NCBI GenBank assembly: GCA_012295275.1
Contig: CM022677.1
Coordinates: 7,130,001-7,194,000, forward strand
Direction of reading: 5' to 3'
Origin: Chrysomallon squamiferum
Taxonomy: Eukaryota > Animalia > Mollusca
Length of the DNA: 64,000 nt
The notes beneath the pieces are model-generated. The model searched no databases, was not told where the DNA came from, and was given only the letters and a program-made list of their open reading frames with translations. Position 1 is the stretch's first letter. Every line of letters starts with the position of its first letter. Below, one piece after another: positions 34,710-53,446 of this stretch. The position numbers and the translations under genes are program-made.

Positions 34710-35104
34710 ATTCTTATAATACTTATACATTATTTGAAATAACTGTCCTAATTCAGATGATAAAAATTTCTCTTTTTATAGAAATCATTTTAATGAGCCT
34801 TGTTTATCCAGGTAAATTTTTTACAATTGATTTAACACTTAAAATTTTCTGATTTCCAAATTTAATTCTATAACAGTCTCTAACATGAATAAATAATATT
34901 ACTCTAGAAAAACTTACTTTTTCTATAAGTTATAACACAAGAGCCACTATTAATAATTTTATAATATCGGCTTACCTTACTTTGTCAACATCTAAAATGA
35001 ACTAAGAAAATTCTTTATTAATTAAAATATCCACAAAAATTTAGTCCTAGTTATACAAATAAGCAGGTAAGACATTTTCAAACAAACCTTGACAAAAATA
35101 GAAT

Positions 35105-35166
<62 letters not shown>

Positions 35167-35402
35167 TTACAGTATTATAGGCTTGGATTTTTCAAAAGAA
35201 CAATTAAAGGAAAGCAACATGAAATGACAGTGAGTAAAGTTTAGTGTTTGACAAAAATAAGAAAATCAATGACTTTCCTCTATAAAATATGCAGGCGTTC
35301 AACTTTTCGTTTTAGTATTTTTTCTTTATGTCTTTATTTATTTTATTTTCTATTTTTATTTTTATTTTTATTTATTTTTTATTCCGGGTAAGTAATCCTA
35401 CC

Positions 35403-35645
35403 GGAATTGAAAACGAAAAACAATAGGAAATAGAGTTATCTTCGATGATAACTGGTTCCGTTAACCAACCGATAATTATTGACGTAACGCTCTAAAAGTT
35501 CGCTAAATTTGTTCGTTGGCTTCACTTTAGCCAATTAAAGGTGGAATTGAAAAGGAAAAACAATAGCAAACAATGAGTTACAGTGTTTTCCTATGATATC
35601 GTGTTCCGTTAACCAACCGATAATCCTTTAACGTAGGGTTTAAAA
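35403..35645 (+). repeat. Two diverged ~95 bp direct repeats
   Basis: ggaattgaaaa.gaaaaacaatag...gttccgttaaccaaccgataat occurs twice. Confidence 0.8.
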
Positions 35646-35784
35646 ATAGGTGTTAGCAGATTATGTAAGCCGATACGTCCAACTTATGGAACTATGGGCA
35701 CTCGTTTTATGTGAAATAAATATTTGCGATAAAATTATTATAAAATTATTATCTTGTTTTATAACCTACAGAAAAAATAATATT

Positions 35785-35882
35785 TTTGGGGGCGACTAAT
35801 CATAATGTTTCTAACATCCCAGTCGCCTAAACGGAACTTTGGTCGCATTTGGTGACCTGGTGATTGGCCATTTCGAGCCCTG
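35785..35882. mobile_element. Truncated hAT-like terminus
   Basis: Ends tttcgagccctg (reverse complement CAGGGCTCGAAA, a hAT-type end) with ggcgac/gtcgcc subterminal motifs; no partner end seen. Confidence 0.5.
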
Positions 35883-38800
35883 CATAATTATCTCTTATAA
35901 GAAATCTGTTTGTAAAATAAATTGTTATTTTAATACTTTTTAAATATTTCAGTCAGAAGATGTGACTAATTGCTTCTCATAAAAATTTCCACAGCTATTG
36001 GATTCAAAATATATAGTGCCTGATAATCTTCCAGACGACATAGCACTTAAGACTCCTCTGTCATAGCCGTAACCCAGCATTACATTCTCCTAAATATCTC
36101 CCCGATAATGATAATCAGTTTTGTAAACCATAAATGAGAATGTTGATCCAGTGATCAGTTCTACCCTTCCATTTACTTGCGGTCCTTTTTTTGAGACAGA
36201 GCAGTATGTGAATATGATAGCTGATGCAGAAGAGAGGCTGTATCTTTTATTTGTCTATTTTTTTTTTTTTTTTTTTTTCTTATATTTTGGTGTTATTATC
36301 TTTGGAAACAATACATATTTTGTAAAAATATAGTTTAAGCGCATTTTAGGTATTTTCTCAGAATAGTTTTGGGATGTTAGAAGTCGAGTTAAACAGACAG
36401 AGTAGTAATTTTGTATTGGTTGTTTTTTTGTACTTTTTCTTTTTGTCTTCGTGTTTCTGTGTCACTTATACATGTTATTTACGTATTTGACCATCTTCCT
36501 CACACCATTTTTTTGTTTGTTTTTGCCATCAGTTTCTTTTTCCTGTGATCATTATTATTGTTATTGTTATTGTTATTGTTACTGTTATTGTTATGTTGTT
36601 GTTTTTATATTATTCTTACTGTTTTTAATTACTGTTATCTATTATTATTATTTACTTTTATTACTATTTCTGATATTTTTTTAAAATAAATATAATTTTT
36701 TCCGTTTCTATTCTTGCCTTGTTTTTTCATTATTAATGCAGTTTTAAGATAAACTTGAATGAACTGTTACGAATACAATAAACATCTCTAACTCGGTAGT
36801 CCCTGAAAAACATGTGTTGGTTAAACAAGCGCACATTTCAGCATCAAACCTGTCTCTGAAATTATATCGTTTTTCATAGAACATGATTATTGTAAACACT
36901 CGTATGAAAACAACTGTGATTTCTTCAAGTGAGGATAATGTAAATTCTCTTAACCCACTTGATTGCTGACTGTAAATCATAAAACAAAAGACCTGAATTA
37001 ACCTTTTTAGTTTGCGTACATGAACTTACATGATTAATCTAAAATTCAGCTGGTATTTATCAAATTTTGTAATTAAGAATATATCATTATTTTTTTTTAA
37101 ACACTGAGAAAAGTAAGTTAATAATCTAGAATGAAATTCCATGTTTATTCAGTAAATATAACCGATAATCTCTAATTAATATAATTTTAAAATGCCACAT
37201 AAATAATACAGACGTGATAAAACTAGGTTCTTATTTTTGGTATCGATAGGTAACATTATCATTGATATTCGTTAGATAACTGTGGTTTTAAAAAAGATGT
37301 ATTTAGTTTTTATCTCGACAGAAACAATACACTAAGAATAAATCTGATTTCTCTGATAACTTTACGAGGCCTAATAAAAAATTCGAAGTAATTTTTATAT
37401 CCACACACAGAACAGTTCTAATGACACTAAGAGAATAGTGTAAAAAATATAGAGGAAGCTTCCGTTTTTACAGAAAAATTAAAATAAAATAAAAAATAAA
37501 AATATTAAGGTGTTACTACTGTTTTTGCTGTTGTTATTTAGCTATTGACAAAGAGAGGTATTTGATAACTGTCTGCTTCATTGTTATATAGAAGTATTAC
37601 TGGTGGAGCGGTTATATTAATATCTAATGTAGTAAGAGAACTTCAGGTATAATAAGAAATGTAAAGTATATTACACTCTACAACTTGCGCTAATGTACAC
37701 CTTTTAATGAATATAATGAAAAAATTAAATTTCGCATAATAAAATTAAAAAATTTCTCAGCTAATTAGTACACACTATCGTGATTCCAGGGAATTAACTC
37801 TGATATTTTTAAATATAACCTTATATAAACATACTAATAAAATATGAGATTAACATTTGTCAAATCACTTAACGTACACACTGTAAATATCACTGCTCAT
37901 AATTTATTCTCATCTTTTTCTTTTCATATCGCCATGAAGAATTATCATTTATAACTAATGTTAGTAATGTCTAATAGATTAACTGTGATTATCAGTAGTT
38001 TCTGTGTTATATATAATGTTTAAGTTCCACGTACAGTAAATTTACACCTTTCTATTATACGATTTAGAATTAGCAAAGTAAAATATCACGTTACGTTAAT
38101 AAAACGGACACTTCAAAGCGGTATCTAAAGTTAGTTGCACAAAGTTCTGCTGTGTGTGTTTTTCAGTGAAACATTTTCTGGTGTTTATAAAATGTCACAC
38201 TAGATGCGCCCTCTTTATTTCTCGATATATTTTTGACGTCACATACAAAGCTAGTATTATTTATAAAAACATTATATTTCTGAATGTTAAAAGTAATTTT
38301 CAGTATAATTTGTCGTATAACTAACTGAATATCATCTCATTCAAGAAGGATAGTTGAGAAATTCAGAAATAAAGAGACGTTCCAGATCCCAATTCTCTGT
38401 TACTAACAAAATCAGGATTAGTTTTTAGTGAAGTGTACACCAAGACGTTAAGAACAATGCTGGAACGACGGCAATGACGACCTCATTAATAGAAAGAGTA
38501 ATGATATTTCTTGACGTGGGATGTGGACACTGATTGCAATACTTAATAAAGGACAAAAGGCGGCGACATTAATAGAAATTACAACAATATATTTTAATAG
38601 GTGTTCCGCCCATTGAGAAAGTATGAGATGTAATTAGTAAAAAGCGCTAAAGAATAATGAGAAGTATGAATAATAGTTAATAAAAATAAAAATAAAAATT
38701 GTGAGAATTAAGTGACCTTTTATATCACAAACACGCAGGTGCACTCCATCGTATCTGATACCATCCGAAGGTCAGCGAGTGGAACGTGAAAAGTCTACTC

Positions 38801-40196
38801 AGCCACCGAAGAGAATAAGCAAGAGCCCGCGCATTTATTGTTTCATAAAACTAATTATGTATTTCAGTATATCTATATAGATTAGAGCTAATTCCATAAA
38901 TATCTCATAAATAAAATGTTTGCATAGTACGGACTTATCAAGGGTACAAAACTGAAATAATCGTTTTGAGCTATAAAATTTAAAATGTTTGACAAATAAT
39001 AATAATAATAATAACAACAACAACAATAATAATCATAATCATAAAATCAACAAATATTTTACATTGTTACTAAATAATGAATATCCTTAAACGTTTTTCT
39101 TTTGTGTTCGATGTGAATAATTATATACAATTATTCACGTCGAACGTTGAAAACAACGCCTATACGTTGGTACCGACGGCGACATTAATAGACATATTAA
39201 TAATATATTCTAACTGTCTAACTAGTATTAGCGGCCATATAGGCCTTCCAACATTAATTCAACAAATAAAAATGAACAAATAAAAGACTGGAAGCACACT
39301 TTTAATCGTTTGGCTTGTAAGATATTCTGCAAAATAATGTGACGTCGAAATCCTGAAATTCTTTGATTGAGGGTCTAGGGGAAGTAACTCTACATAATAA
39401 CACGACAATCCAGCTAAGATATGAGATAGCTACACAACTTGAAAAATAATAAGAAAAACCAGAAATAATTGTCTTTGGATGGAAAATAAAAGGTAGAAGC
39501 CAACTTCTATACCATGGTACAGTATCTAAGTTTATATATTTTATGTTTAAGTTGAAAAAGTAGTTACGAAAGGCGCGTGACATCATGGTTTGGTAATATG
39601 AACATCCATCCTTACCAGTATCAGTGTAAATCATAAAACGTTTAGAAAACAGACGTAAAATAATTGAATTTGGAAATGTAAAAACTTCCGTGAGCTCACG
39701 GAAACCACCGATCAAAATCCAAGATGGCAGCGTTGAACGCCGATCAGAATTTACAAACTTTTAAACACCTACTCCTTCATAATGCAATCAATTCTATTCA
39801 AAGGAATTTGGAGAAATATGGCTCGTAGTAGATGTCTGTTATTGAGTAGAAATTGCTTTTTTCTTTTCTTTTGGGACTTTGACGTCATACCATCTCGTAC
39901 CCGTTTCGTACTATATATTTGTGTTTTCTTTCAGATATTATTATCGCTCCTGTTGGTCCATGCTAATTAAAATTATTTTATATTTGACTACTGACCTTCT
40001 AAAATTATATTTGTTTACATTGTTGTTGTTTCTTAAATTGACTGTCATCTGCCTGTTTAACAGAGTTGTTGTTATCAAACTTAAAGAAGAATGCAGATTA
40101 ACTCATCTATATTTCACTGAAATTTTCAGTAACATTTTTTTTTTCTAATAATTTCTAATAATTATTATTATTATTATTATTGAAATTTGGTATTGA

Positions 40197-40231
<35 letters not shown>

Positions 40232-40772
40232 TTACTACTACTACTAATAACAATCATAATAATAATCAACATTTAATATATCTTTCTTTTTTATTCTAAA
40301 ATTCTTTTCATTTGGTTTCTCAAATTTGTATTGTTTCTTCATTTTGTTACTATTTCAGTAATATTTTATTTTATGACATTTGTTATTTTTCTATCTTTTT
40401 CTATAATTTATTTAATTTATTTGTTTTATGTATTTTAAATATATAACTGTGTGTGTGTGTTTTATGTAATTTTTCTGTCTTCTTGTCTTTTATGCTTTTA
40501 GTGTCTTCTTATTCCTGTGTTTATTCATATTTCTTCATACTGTTTTTATTTGTTTTCATTTTTGTGTTTTCTTTAAAGTTATTTTATTGTTTATTTTTTT
40601 TTACCTGTTTACCATGATTATTGTTTCTTGTTATTTTTCTACATTGTTATTTCTTCAAAATCTTCTTTTTCTTCTTGTCTGTTCTTCTTGTCTGTATTTA
40701 TTTTCAATTATTTTAATGATAAGCAAGATTTTTGTAATATATAGTTTACTTACTATTTTTCAGTTTCCCAGT

Positions 40773-40982
40773 TTCTGGTCATAGTTCTTATTCTTCATTC
40801 ATTTTCTTTTTTCATATTTTAAATTCTTGATTTTTATTTTAATGATTTTTATAATTTATTTATTATATTTTTTATTTTTCTGGTCATAGTTCTTATTCTT
40901 CATTCATTTTCTTTTTTCATATTTTAAATTCTTGATTTTTATTTTAATGATTTTTATAATTTATTTATTATATTTTTTATTT
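40773..40982 (+). repeat. Tandem duplication of a ~105 bp T-rich unit
   Basis: ttctggtcatagttcttattcttcattcatttt... repeated twice head to tail. Confidence 0.93.
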
Positions 40983-42401
40983 TTTTTTTTTTTTTTTTTT
41001 TTGAATCTACTGACCATATGTATTCTTGTTATTTTTCTTCTTCATTCTTTTTACTTCTTATTCTTCATTTCCTAGTTTCTGCATATTCTTTTATGTTACT
41101 ATTATTTGTTATTTACTTACTTTTTCCTGACATCACTTAAAATATACTATTTCTTTTACTTCTTCAGTCTCTGTCTTTTATCATTTTAATTTCTTTTGTT
41201 TTTTTTTAAATTTTGTTCTTCTGCTCATTTTATTTAAAGAATTAGAATTTTTTTCTTATTAATAAATGTATGTATGTATATGTATTTATATTATTATAAT
41301 TTTAACTATAATAATTATTTATTTATTTATTTATAGTATTAATATTATCAATCTCTTAACTGCATCTCCCATCGTTCTAGTTATTTTTCTACATTCTAAT
41401 AATTCAGATTATTTTTTTTTTATTCTTTATTATTATTATTATTATTATTATTAGTAGTAGTAGTATTTACTTTTTTTACAAGCTTGTTACAATTCTTTTT
41501 ATTATTATATTTCTTCTTCATGTTTCTTTTTTTTCAGTGTTTTAATACAACCTGTTGCCTAGTAATATCTCAGAGAATTAATATTTCTGTTACTAGTGTA
41601 GATATTCTGTCTTCCTTATTCAAAACTTGTTTCCATTGATGATGTCGTATTTCTAGTGTTTGCTGAACAAACCCAAACAATAATGAAGTTGTAAACTTGT
41701 ATTGTCAATATATTTTGTTTTCTGAAAATTATTATTATTAGTGATTTTTTTCACAACCAGTATTATTCTGATATTTTGTTAGTTACTATTAGTGTCTTTT
41801 AAATAGTTACTTATGATTTGGATGAATATTTGTATTTATATTGACAGACACTTTTCTCTCTTAATTTCAAGGTCTACCATCTGTTAATAAATATAATTTG
41901 TTTTCTTTCTATTTTTTATTTGTTTTTTCCACAGAACTGACATGGGTTTTACATCATTGAAAAGGAAACAGCAGTCAGCACCAACAACAGCAGTACCACC
42001 ATTAGACCTGAGACAAACTGACATCACCACACCAGCCACTAAAAACTCAAACTAAAAACACCAACACCCATTGCCAGAGGCATTTTGCTAAAAACAAATG
42101 TCTAAGAAAGAAAGGGAACAGAAAAAGTTTGATCATGTGATTCAACTGACTAATCTTTTTGTGAGTTTGTGTTGAAAGCAGCCAGACCAAGACATAAACT
42201 GACACAAGCTTTACCACTTAGTCACTTAGTCACATTTTAAAACCTTTAAAAAATATTCAGGTAATTATGTCTGTAAATATGTCTTAGTCTACCTGTCTGT
42301 TTCTCTGTCTGCCTCCCTATTTATTTATTTTATTTCTATCTCTGCTTTTCTGTTTGTCTGTATTTCTTTCCTTGAAAATGTTCAGATAAATATGTTTATC
42401 T

Positions 42402-42601
42402 NNNNNNNNNNNNNNNNNNNNNNNNNNNNNNNNNNNNNNNNNNNNNNNNNNNNNNNNNNNNNNNNNNNNNNNNNNNNNNNNNNNNNNNNNNNNNNNNNNN
42501 NNNNNNNNNNNNNNNNNNNNNNNNNNNNNNNNNNNNNNNNNNNNNNNNNNNNNNNNNNNNNNNNNNNNNNNNNNNNNNNNNNNNNNNNNNNNNNNNNNNN
42601 N
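42402..42601. other. Assembly gap (200 N)
   Basis: Run of N. Confidence 1.
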
Positions 42602-42662
42602 TAAGTAGACAGATTTAAACATTGTGACGTCATCTTTCTAAAACAGATTACGGAACAAATCA

Positions 42663-42718
<56 letters not shown>

Positions 42719-43468
42719 AACAACAATATTAGTAATAGCAGTATCTCCTTTTTATACACTAGAACGCAACAAACACAAGACACTTTTAAAACTGTATTCG
42801 CGCTATTGCTGAATATTCACTCTATCAGTAAAGAATAACATAGATGGGTAACATTAACAGAAAAAATATATATATATATAGATAGATATAAATATATAAC
42901 TAGTTACCCAGAGCTTTCAGTGGACAGCGACCTTTCGACACTTCTCCCCTAATAAATACTAATTTTAAAACAATCTCGGTTCTTTTATAGAAAATACTCG
43001 ATGATGAACTCTTAAAAGTAGTTTTTAAATTTTAGAATTAAGATATTGTGAGGTATTTTTTTCAAAAATTATTATCATTTCTTAAATGTAATTTTTAAAT
43101 TATGCTAAATGAGGCGGTTAAACCAAGTCTTTACTCTATATCCATTAATATAACATTCGATATCCAGCACTTAAACAAGATTTATATCTCATGGCGCAGT
43201 ATTTTATGAGTCAGTGATCTTTCTGATTTTTGTCGTTCTGCCAGCAGAGAGAAAAATTTCTTATCAGTGTCAGGTCCGTACGTGAGTTAATCCAATATGC
43301 GGTGCGCTGCTGTTGTGTAAATACGTACATACCTGTAATTATTATTTGTTCTAAAGTAAAGACTTTCAGAATAAATGACTGATAATAATCACAAACATTG
43401 TGTTTGATCCGAACTGAATAAACATCATCTGCTAAAGTATGTTTCTATTTTATCTTATTAAATCATTA

Positions 43469-43509
<41 letters not shown>

Positions 43510-43718
43510 TAATAATAATAATAATACTAATAATAAATAAATAAATAAATAAATAAATAAATTAATTAATTAATTAAAAAATAAATATAGGATAAAAGAT
43601 TGTATAGTATCAATAACTACTAGTATTAATACTAATAATACTAATAGTAATACTTTTACTATCATTATCGCTAAATGTATACAACTGCTGATAACAATAA
43701 ATCTGTTAATTACTTTTC

Positions 43719-43749
<31 letters not shown>

Positions 43750-43809
43750 TTAACTAATATATTCATTTATAATTATCGCTTGTGATAAATTATTGCTATG
43801 CAGATGTAT

Positions 43810-43897
<88 letters not shown>

Positions 43898-44121
43898 AAA
43901 TGTTTCAGATTTACAAAATTACTTGTAGTTTGCGTGTATTTGTGATAATTTTAATAAACGTGACACACCTTTGTGCACTTGAATGAACATGACACTGTCA
44001 AACACTTAAGAATTGCTCTCTCTCATTCATGCATGGAAACAAAGAGTATGTGCTTAGATTAGTCAGCTAATGAAATATGTATCATAATATACTGAATTAT
44101 TTAGTTTATAAACCATATATT

Positions 44122-44154
<33 letters not shown>

Positions 44155-44639
44155 TCTGATTTTCATTCGTACAGTTTATTTATATATCTTACGAAAGACC
44201 TGAAACCGCCAGTTCACTGTTCAAGTTTAAACAAGATTTAATTTTGGTGGGTAATTGTATTATCTTTCTCCGTCCTTCTATTATTATTTTTATTATTACT
44301 GTATGTCGCATTGTTCTATTGTTCTATTCACAGATATGAAGGATGTTCTTTGACCCCCTCTCTCATTACTACATACAAACAACAAAACTTAGTAACTGAT
44401 ATCTCAAAAAACGTGACTAGATACTAAACTGGATACCTCAGTGATACCTGTAAATTCGTCTTTTAAAACCCGGTGTTACAAATCATATTTTGTCTTTTGT
44501 TTTCTATTCACACTCGAGTTAGTTGGTGCAAGGGACTGATTCACAATAATCACAGAGGAGGGGAACAGGGCCGGTACTGAGAATTCAGTATTTTTAGGAT
44601 GAGGATCAAAACCATATATTATTGTTTCATTTTGTTTTA

Positions 44640-47925
<3,286 letters not shown>

Positions 47926-48364
47926 GTGTTTACAGTCAGTGTAAGTCACTTTTCCCCAAAGATAAGATAAAACAGGTGATGGTTACCCTAACACTAACAA
48001 TAAAATGTATTTTACCTATTTAATCACGCACCCCACCCCCCAGTCACCCAATGTACGTTTTCCAGTAAAAACGTCTCCTGTAGAAGGACTAATTCAGTAA
48101 AGCTTTGGTTTTTATTTGTGATAATATGTAACATCAGTTCTGTTTGTTATTTTTATTATTAATAAATTAAATATTACATTTCAGTGTAAATCACTTTGCC
48201 CCAAAGATTAATATAATAAGGAAAGATAATTTTATTCAACTGGTTTTGTGCTAAACCAGGAAGTGTTGTGTACGTACTTCTTCTTTCTCTGTCCTCTATT
48301 ATTACACATGTACACACAGGCAGATAGAGAAATAATGTTTGTATGTCAGTAATAACTAAAATAA

Positions 48365-48432
48365 AATATATCAGGCTGGCACTCCCCTTCCAGCTTCGTC
48401 CATGATGTCACCCTCTGCATTTCAAAGGTCCT
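48365..48432 (-). pseudogene. Trypsin-like serine protease terminal-exon fragment
   Basis: GPLKC.. / VTSWTKLEGECQPD, paralogous to 57529-57662. Confidence 0.7.
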
Positions 48433-48729
48433 TCTGACAAAAAAAAAGACAACAAATAAACAAAAAAAAAAAAACAAACAAAAAACAACAACACGAAAAC
48501 ACTTATGACAAACATAATATTGGAAATAAGAATTGTTAACACACACACACACACACAAACATTTACACACAGGTAGATAGATAAATAATGTTTATAAATA
48601 ATATATTAATAATAATTATAAAACTAAAAAATAATTTAAAAAATTAAAAGTTAAAAAGAAAAAGGTAATGATAATATTAAAAAAATATTATTACTGTGCA
48701 AGTTCCTCATTTCTGCCTCTAAAAATCAA

Positions 48730-48955
48730 AAACACTCAATTACTGTCTAAAAATATATATCACGTTTTTGTACACTAGAACACAACAAAGACACCTTTAA
48801 AACTGTTTTGGCACTAGTCCTGAACATTCAGTATAGCAGTAAACAATAATGACATCAGAACAGTAAATGTGTATTATATAAAATAGTTACCGAACCTTCT
48901 CACCAGATCATTCTGCGAAATAAAAACCCTCTTCGGAGGTGATAATTTATTCCGC

Positions 48956-49033
<78 letters not shown>

Positions 49034-49414
49034 TTATAAAATGTATTTATTTATTTATTTATTGTTGTTCTATTTGCTTTTATTATTACTATCATAGTCT
49101 GTTTACATATCAGTTTAAATAAATTACTGGGTTTGTGCCAAAACCAACACGCGCTATTACACATAGCTATTCACATATATCTTCTTTCGCAATTATTAGC
49201 CTCTGTTAGCAACGTTTAAAATTTGTCACGGTACCTAACACTGATAATACAATTTGTTTTATCTATTTAAAATCTCACCCACTGTCATTCAGAATGAGAA
49301 ATTATTATTAACAATAATAATAATTATTATTATTATCTGTATATGTCCTAGTTTATCAGATTATATTTCTTTCTTTCTTTCCTATTTGTGTTTTCACATT
49401 TTACTATTTACTTT

Positions 49415-49446
<32 letters not shown>

Positions 49447-50099
49447 AGATTATTCTGTTAAGATATTTTTGTTAAAAACAATTTGGACGTGAAATGCACA
49501 TTCAAATCCTAGGGAGAATTCAGTTTAGAAGATTAAGGGCGTATTACATCAGATTCCAGAATGTAATAAACCAGTAACAACAACAAATAACAATAATAAC
49601 AACTGGAACATGATTAAGACACATTTTATTCTGTCCTTATTCGTGTTATTTGCTATTTTATAACGAGACATTATTGCATTGTTATTATGAGGTTATTATA
49701 GGTCGTCATATCCTTGTATGTATATATGTGTAATTTATATATACAATATAATTCTTTTTGAGATTTCCGCTCTGTTTAACCTATAATACAAAATAGGACT
49801 TCAAAATGTATTGTGCTAAATCATGTAAAGACGTTTATGCGCTCGTTTAATGTTGGCGGTTAAAATGACCTTATTTACAAACTTGTTTTAACGTGAAATC
49901 TGTTCAAACACTTGACTGTTGTATTATTGTGCTTATTCACTGAACTGATTTATGTGGATCATTGTTGTCGCTACCCTGTTTTACAATAAAGTAATATCTA
50001 ATTTTAGAAAACTGATGGCTACTTTTCTAGCCAACAGTGAGACACACAAATTACCAAAAAGAAAATAATAATAACAACAATAATAATAATAATAATAAC

Positions 50100-50135
<36 letters not shown>

Positions 50136-51330
50136 CGTAATGTTATAAAGAGATATTAGATAATATTTGTCTTGGCACAGTATTAGTGCTGTTAAAAGCT
50201 ATAAAATTAAATAATAACGATAACCTTTTTATTACACTTTCTTCTTAAGATCAGTCTCAAGTGAAAGTTTTATGACATTTTCTAATTAACTAAAGACAAA
50301 CCAGACTAATTTTAACGAAAGCTTCAGAAAACAGGAGATTTTCTTTGGCATTTTGTTCTTCTAAACCGATTTGTGGAAGAAGAACAAGAAAATTCGTAAG
50401 TTCCGACATAAACATTTATTGTTTATAATCCAGTGAGTTAGTCTCATTTGATATAAAGATAAATTAACATGATAATGTAATATCAAGTAATATGATCACG
50501 TGATATTACAAGAGCATAATTAATTCTATTTATATCCGCCTCTTAAAGTTAGTAATTAATTGTTTAAGAAATATGCTGATTTTACTTTCTGCTTGTGATT
50601 AATAAATAAATACATTTAAAAAAGTTGACAAATGTTGAAAACATTGATAAGTACTAATTGATTATTACTGACACTCTACGTAAACTTTTTCTTCTCAAAG
50701 TTTTATGACTTAAATTGTTCCAACAATGGACGTGGAGTTATTTTACGACACTCAGGCACTGAGTTTCTCAGATTCTATGTATCTTTGTGTGAGTACATGT
50801 GTGGCTATGTGTGTTTCGCCATCACTGGGTGTACGTATGTGTTTGTGTGTAGGTGAGTGTATCTAAAAATATAAATACATTTTCTATGATATTTATTTAT
50901 TTATCATCATCATCAGCAGCAGCAGCGTTATTATTATTATTATTATTATTATTGTTGTTGTTGTTGTTGTTGTTGTTAAATGGACAGTTAAGTTAAATGA
51001 CAAGATGCAGACGTATAATTATTTAGTTTAAATTAACTGTTTAAATATTGGCCATGTCTGTATAAACAAATACCACATCATTTTATTCTTGTTTAAATTT
51101 TTGTTTGGTCAAGAAATGTGGTTAGTTTCTAATTAATAATCAAACACCAACAAACACACACAAAGAAGAAGATTGGAATTTTTTCACTCGCAGGTTTGTT
51201 CTGAAACGCTGGGTTTTAACTAGGTCACCATGTTCTCGTTTTTCTGCTCTGTAAATATCACCAGAAACATGCTGAAACATGTTAAATCTTCCGGGCATGT
51301 AAACGTCGTGATTCAGTTATTTAATTATCT
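48730..51330 (-). repeat. Inverted, internally deleted copy of ~8020-11730
   Basis: Approximate reverse-complement blocks: 48730-48960 = 11460-11730; 49050-49290 = 10270-10520; 49430-50140 = 8920-9800; 50410-51330 = 8020-8900. Confidence 0.9.
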
Positions 51331-52710
51331 TTATATGCGGTTAATTAAGTGTGTTACGAACATCATCTAAAACAGAAGATAAAAATGTATTTGAAAATAG
51401 TAAATATAACTGTGACTGTATATACAGATGTCTAATATAAGTTATTAGACGTTATAATAATTATAATATTTTGTTTTATTAGTAACTAGAATCTAAGAAT
51501 TATATCTAGATTTAAACTAAAATGAACCATAAAATAATATTGTTTATTATTACTATTTATATACATAATACATATATATAGATAGACAGAGAGATAGAGA
51601 GATAGATGGATATATTTACAACTAAATTAATTACAAAATAGTACTGTTTATCAATTCATTATACATAATACAATTACATATAGAACTAAATATTAACAAC
51701 TAGAACTAATCATAAAATACTTATTCTTTATTACTTTGTCTGTATATGTAATAAGATTATATCTAGATCTAAATATCTGAATGTGTTATATAATTATATG
51801 ATAGAGCTAAATCAGGAGTCGGCCACCTATCTGGTGTGCTACTTCTGTTCATTGTTTTTTTTTTTTTTTTTTTTTTGTTGTTGTTCACCAGATGTTAAAA
51901 ATGCACTGAATTTCAAATAATAAAGTATTCTTTTATGATCAGTTTATTTACCGTTTTATCTTTTAAAAATCGATTAGAAATTAACAAAGTTAGAGCAAGA
52001 AATACTTTTCAACAAAGCAATGAGTGGGGGAAGGAGTTATTTTGTATGTAACCTTGTTAATACTGCACAGATCTTAATACACAACTTCTTATTACTTGGA
52101 AAATGATATTATGTGGCCGTAACTGCAGGGTGGGGGCCTTATTTTGTGATTTGTCTAAAGATGACATAACGTGATGTTAAAACATACAAAAGATGAAACA
52201 AGGCTCTTTGACTGCATTTTTGAAATATCAGACAGGAATATCGAAAGAGACTGAATCACAGAGTCTACGTAGACACAGAAGTCTTGGCAACCCACCAACA
52301 TAGTGTGAGATAGGACAGGAACATTTGAAATTAAAACTCATATAGCAACGCAATCAATAATTTAGAGAATTTTTTACAATGTGTCTCAAAAGGTTTTTCG
52401 GTCTAGCAAAGCAAACCTTATGCAGTTTCTTAAGTTAAAATGTGAAATTTATTCTAAGTTTATTTCATTATTTGATTCATTGTTGCTTCATTAGTGGCGG
52501 TTTTACTTGTACAATGAGTTGAAGCTATATTAAAAACGATGTAGTTACAATGTCCTACATTCAAATGTTTTTATGACATTTTTAAAATCACCAGTCTGAT
52601 ACAAAAAGGCAAAACAGGCTGGGTGTGTGATTAAACTAGGTATAATACATTTTACTGTCATGTGGCAAGTTTGAAACGTTGATAACAGATGTTAAGATAT
52701 CAAGAAGCAA
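51323..52710 (+). repeat. ~1.4 kb direct duplication (copy at 55963-57358)
   Basis: Near-identical from attatctttatatg..ttaattaagtgtgttacgaac to gttaagatat.aagaagcaag. Confidence 0.96.
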
Positions 52711-52993
52711 GATTCACCGCGAGAGTAGATAGGTGATAAAAAGTACCCGAACATTGCAACAGGTAACATATTGATTTTAATCAGTAGCTGTCTATTATAG
52801 GAAGGCACTTGTGAAATATTAGCACAATAACTTACTTCTAGTAATTCTTGTTGGTTTTGGCACAAACCCAGAGATTTGTTCACTGAATAAGATTATTGTT
52901 TCTTATTATACTAATCATCGTGGCAAAAGGTTAACAGTGATATACAATGATAGGTAATGAATTTAAACAGACTAATAATAAAAACAAGTAGAA

Positions 52994-53024
<31 letters not shown>

Positions 53025-53446
53025 ATATATAGAATAATCAACTGACAAATAAAGAAGTCAATACTAAGTTGTGAGAAAAAAACTAAGAAGAAAGAAAGAA
53101 AGACGTATAATCTGATAAATTTGGACATATACAGATAACAATACTAGTTATTTGTGTTAATCGTTCGTTCGGAGTAACATTCATTAAGATGAAACTTGGG
53201 TTCAAAAGTCTCAAGGAATTTAATTAGATAACTTAACATTCCTTACATTATCTGTTCCAGTATATTATCCTGTCCCCTAGCGATGCTCAGATTTTCTGGG
53301 AAAATAGTGTACAATGATAGGGTGGGGTTTGATGGACAGTGACTAGATACATGTACAGACAAATAATAATAATAATAATAATAATAGTAGTAGTAGTAGT
53401 AGTAGTAGTAGAACTAGGAGTAATATTGATAATAATAACAGTACTA

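Noticed and set aside
42317-42711. ORFs containing X runs
   Set aside because: Artefacts of the 200-N gap.
43110-43332. Possible death-domain remnant on the minus strand (..FFSLLAER..ILFKCW..RLGL)
   Set aside because: Similarity is too weak to support by eye and the frame has three stops; it would need an HMM search.
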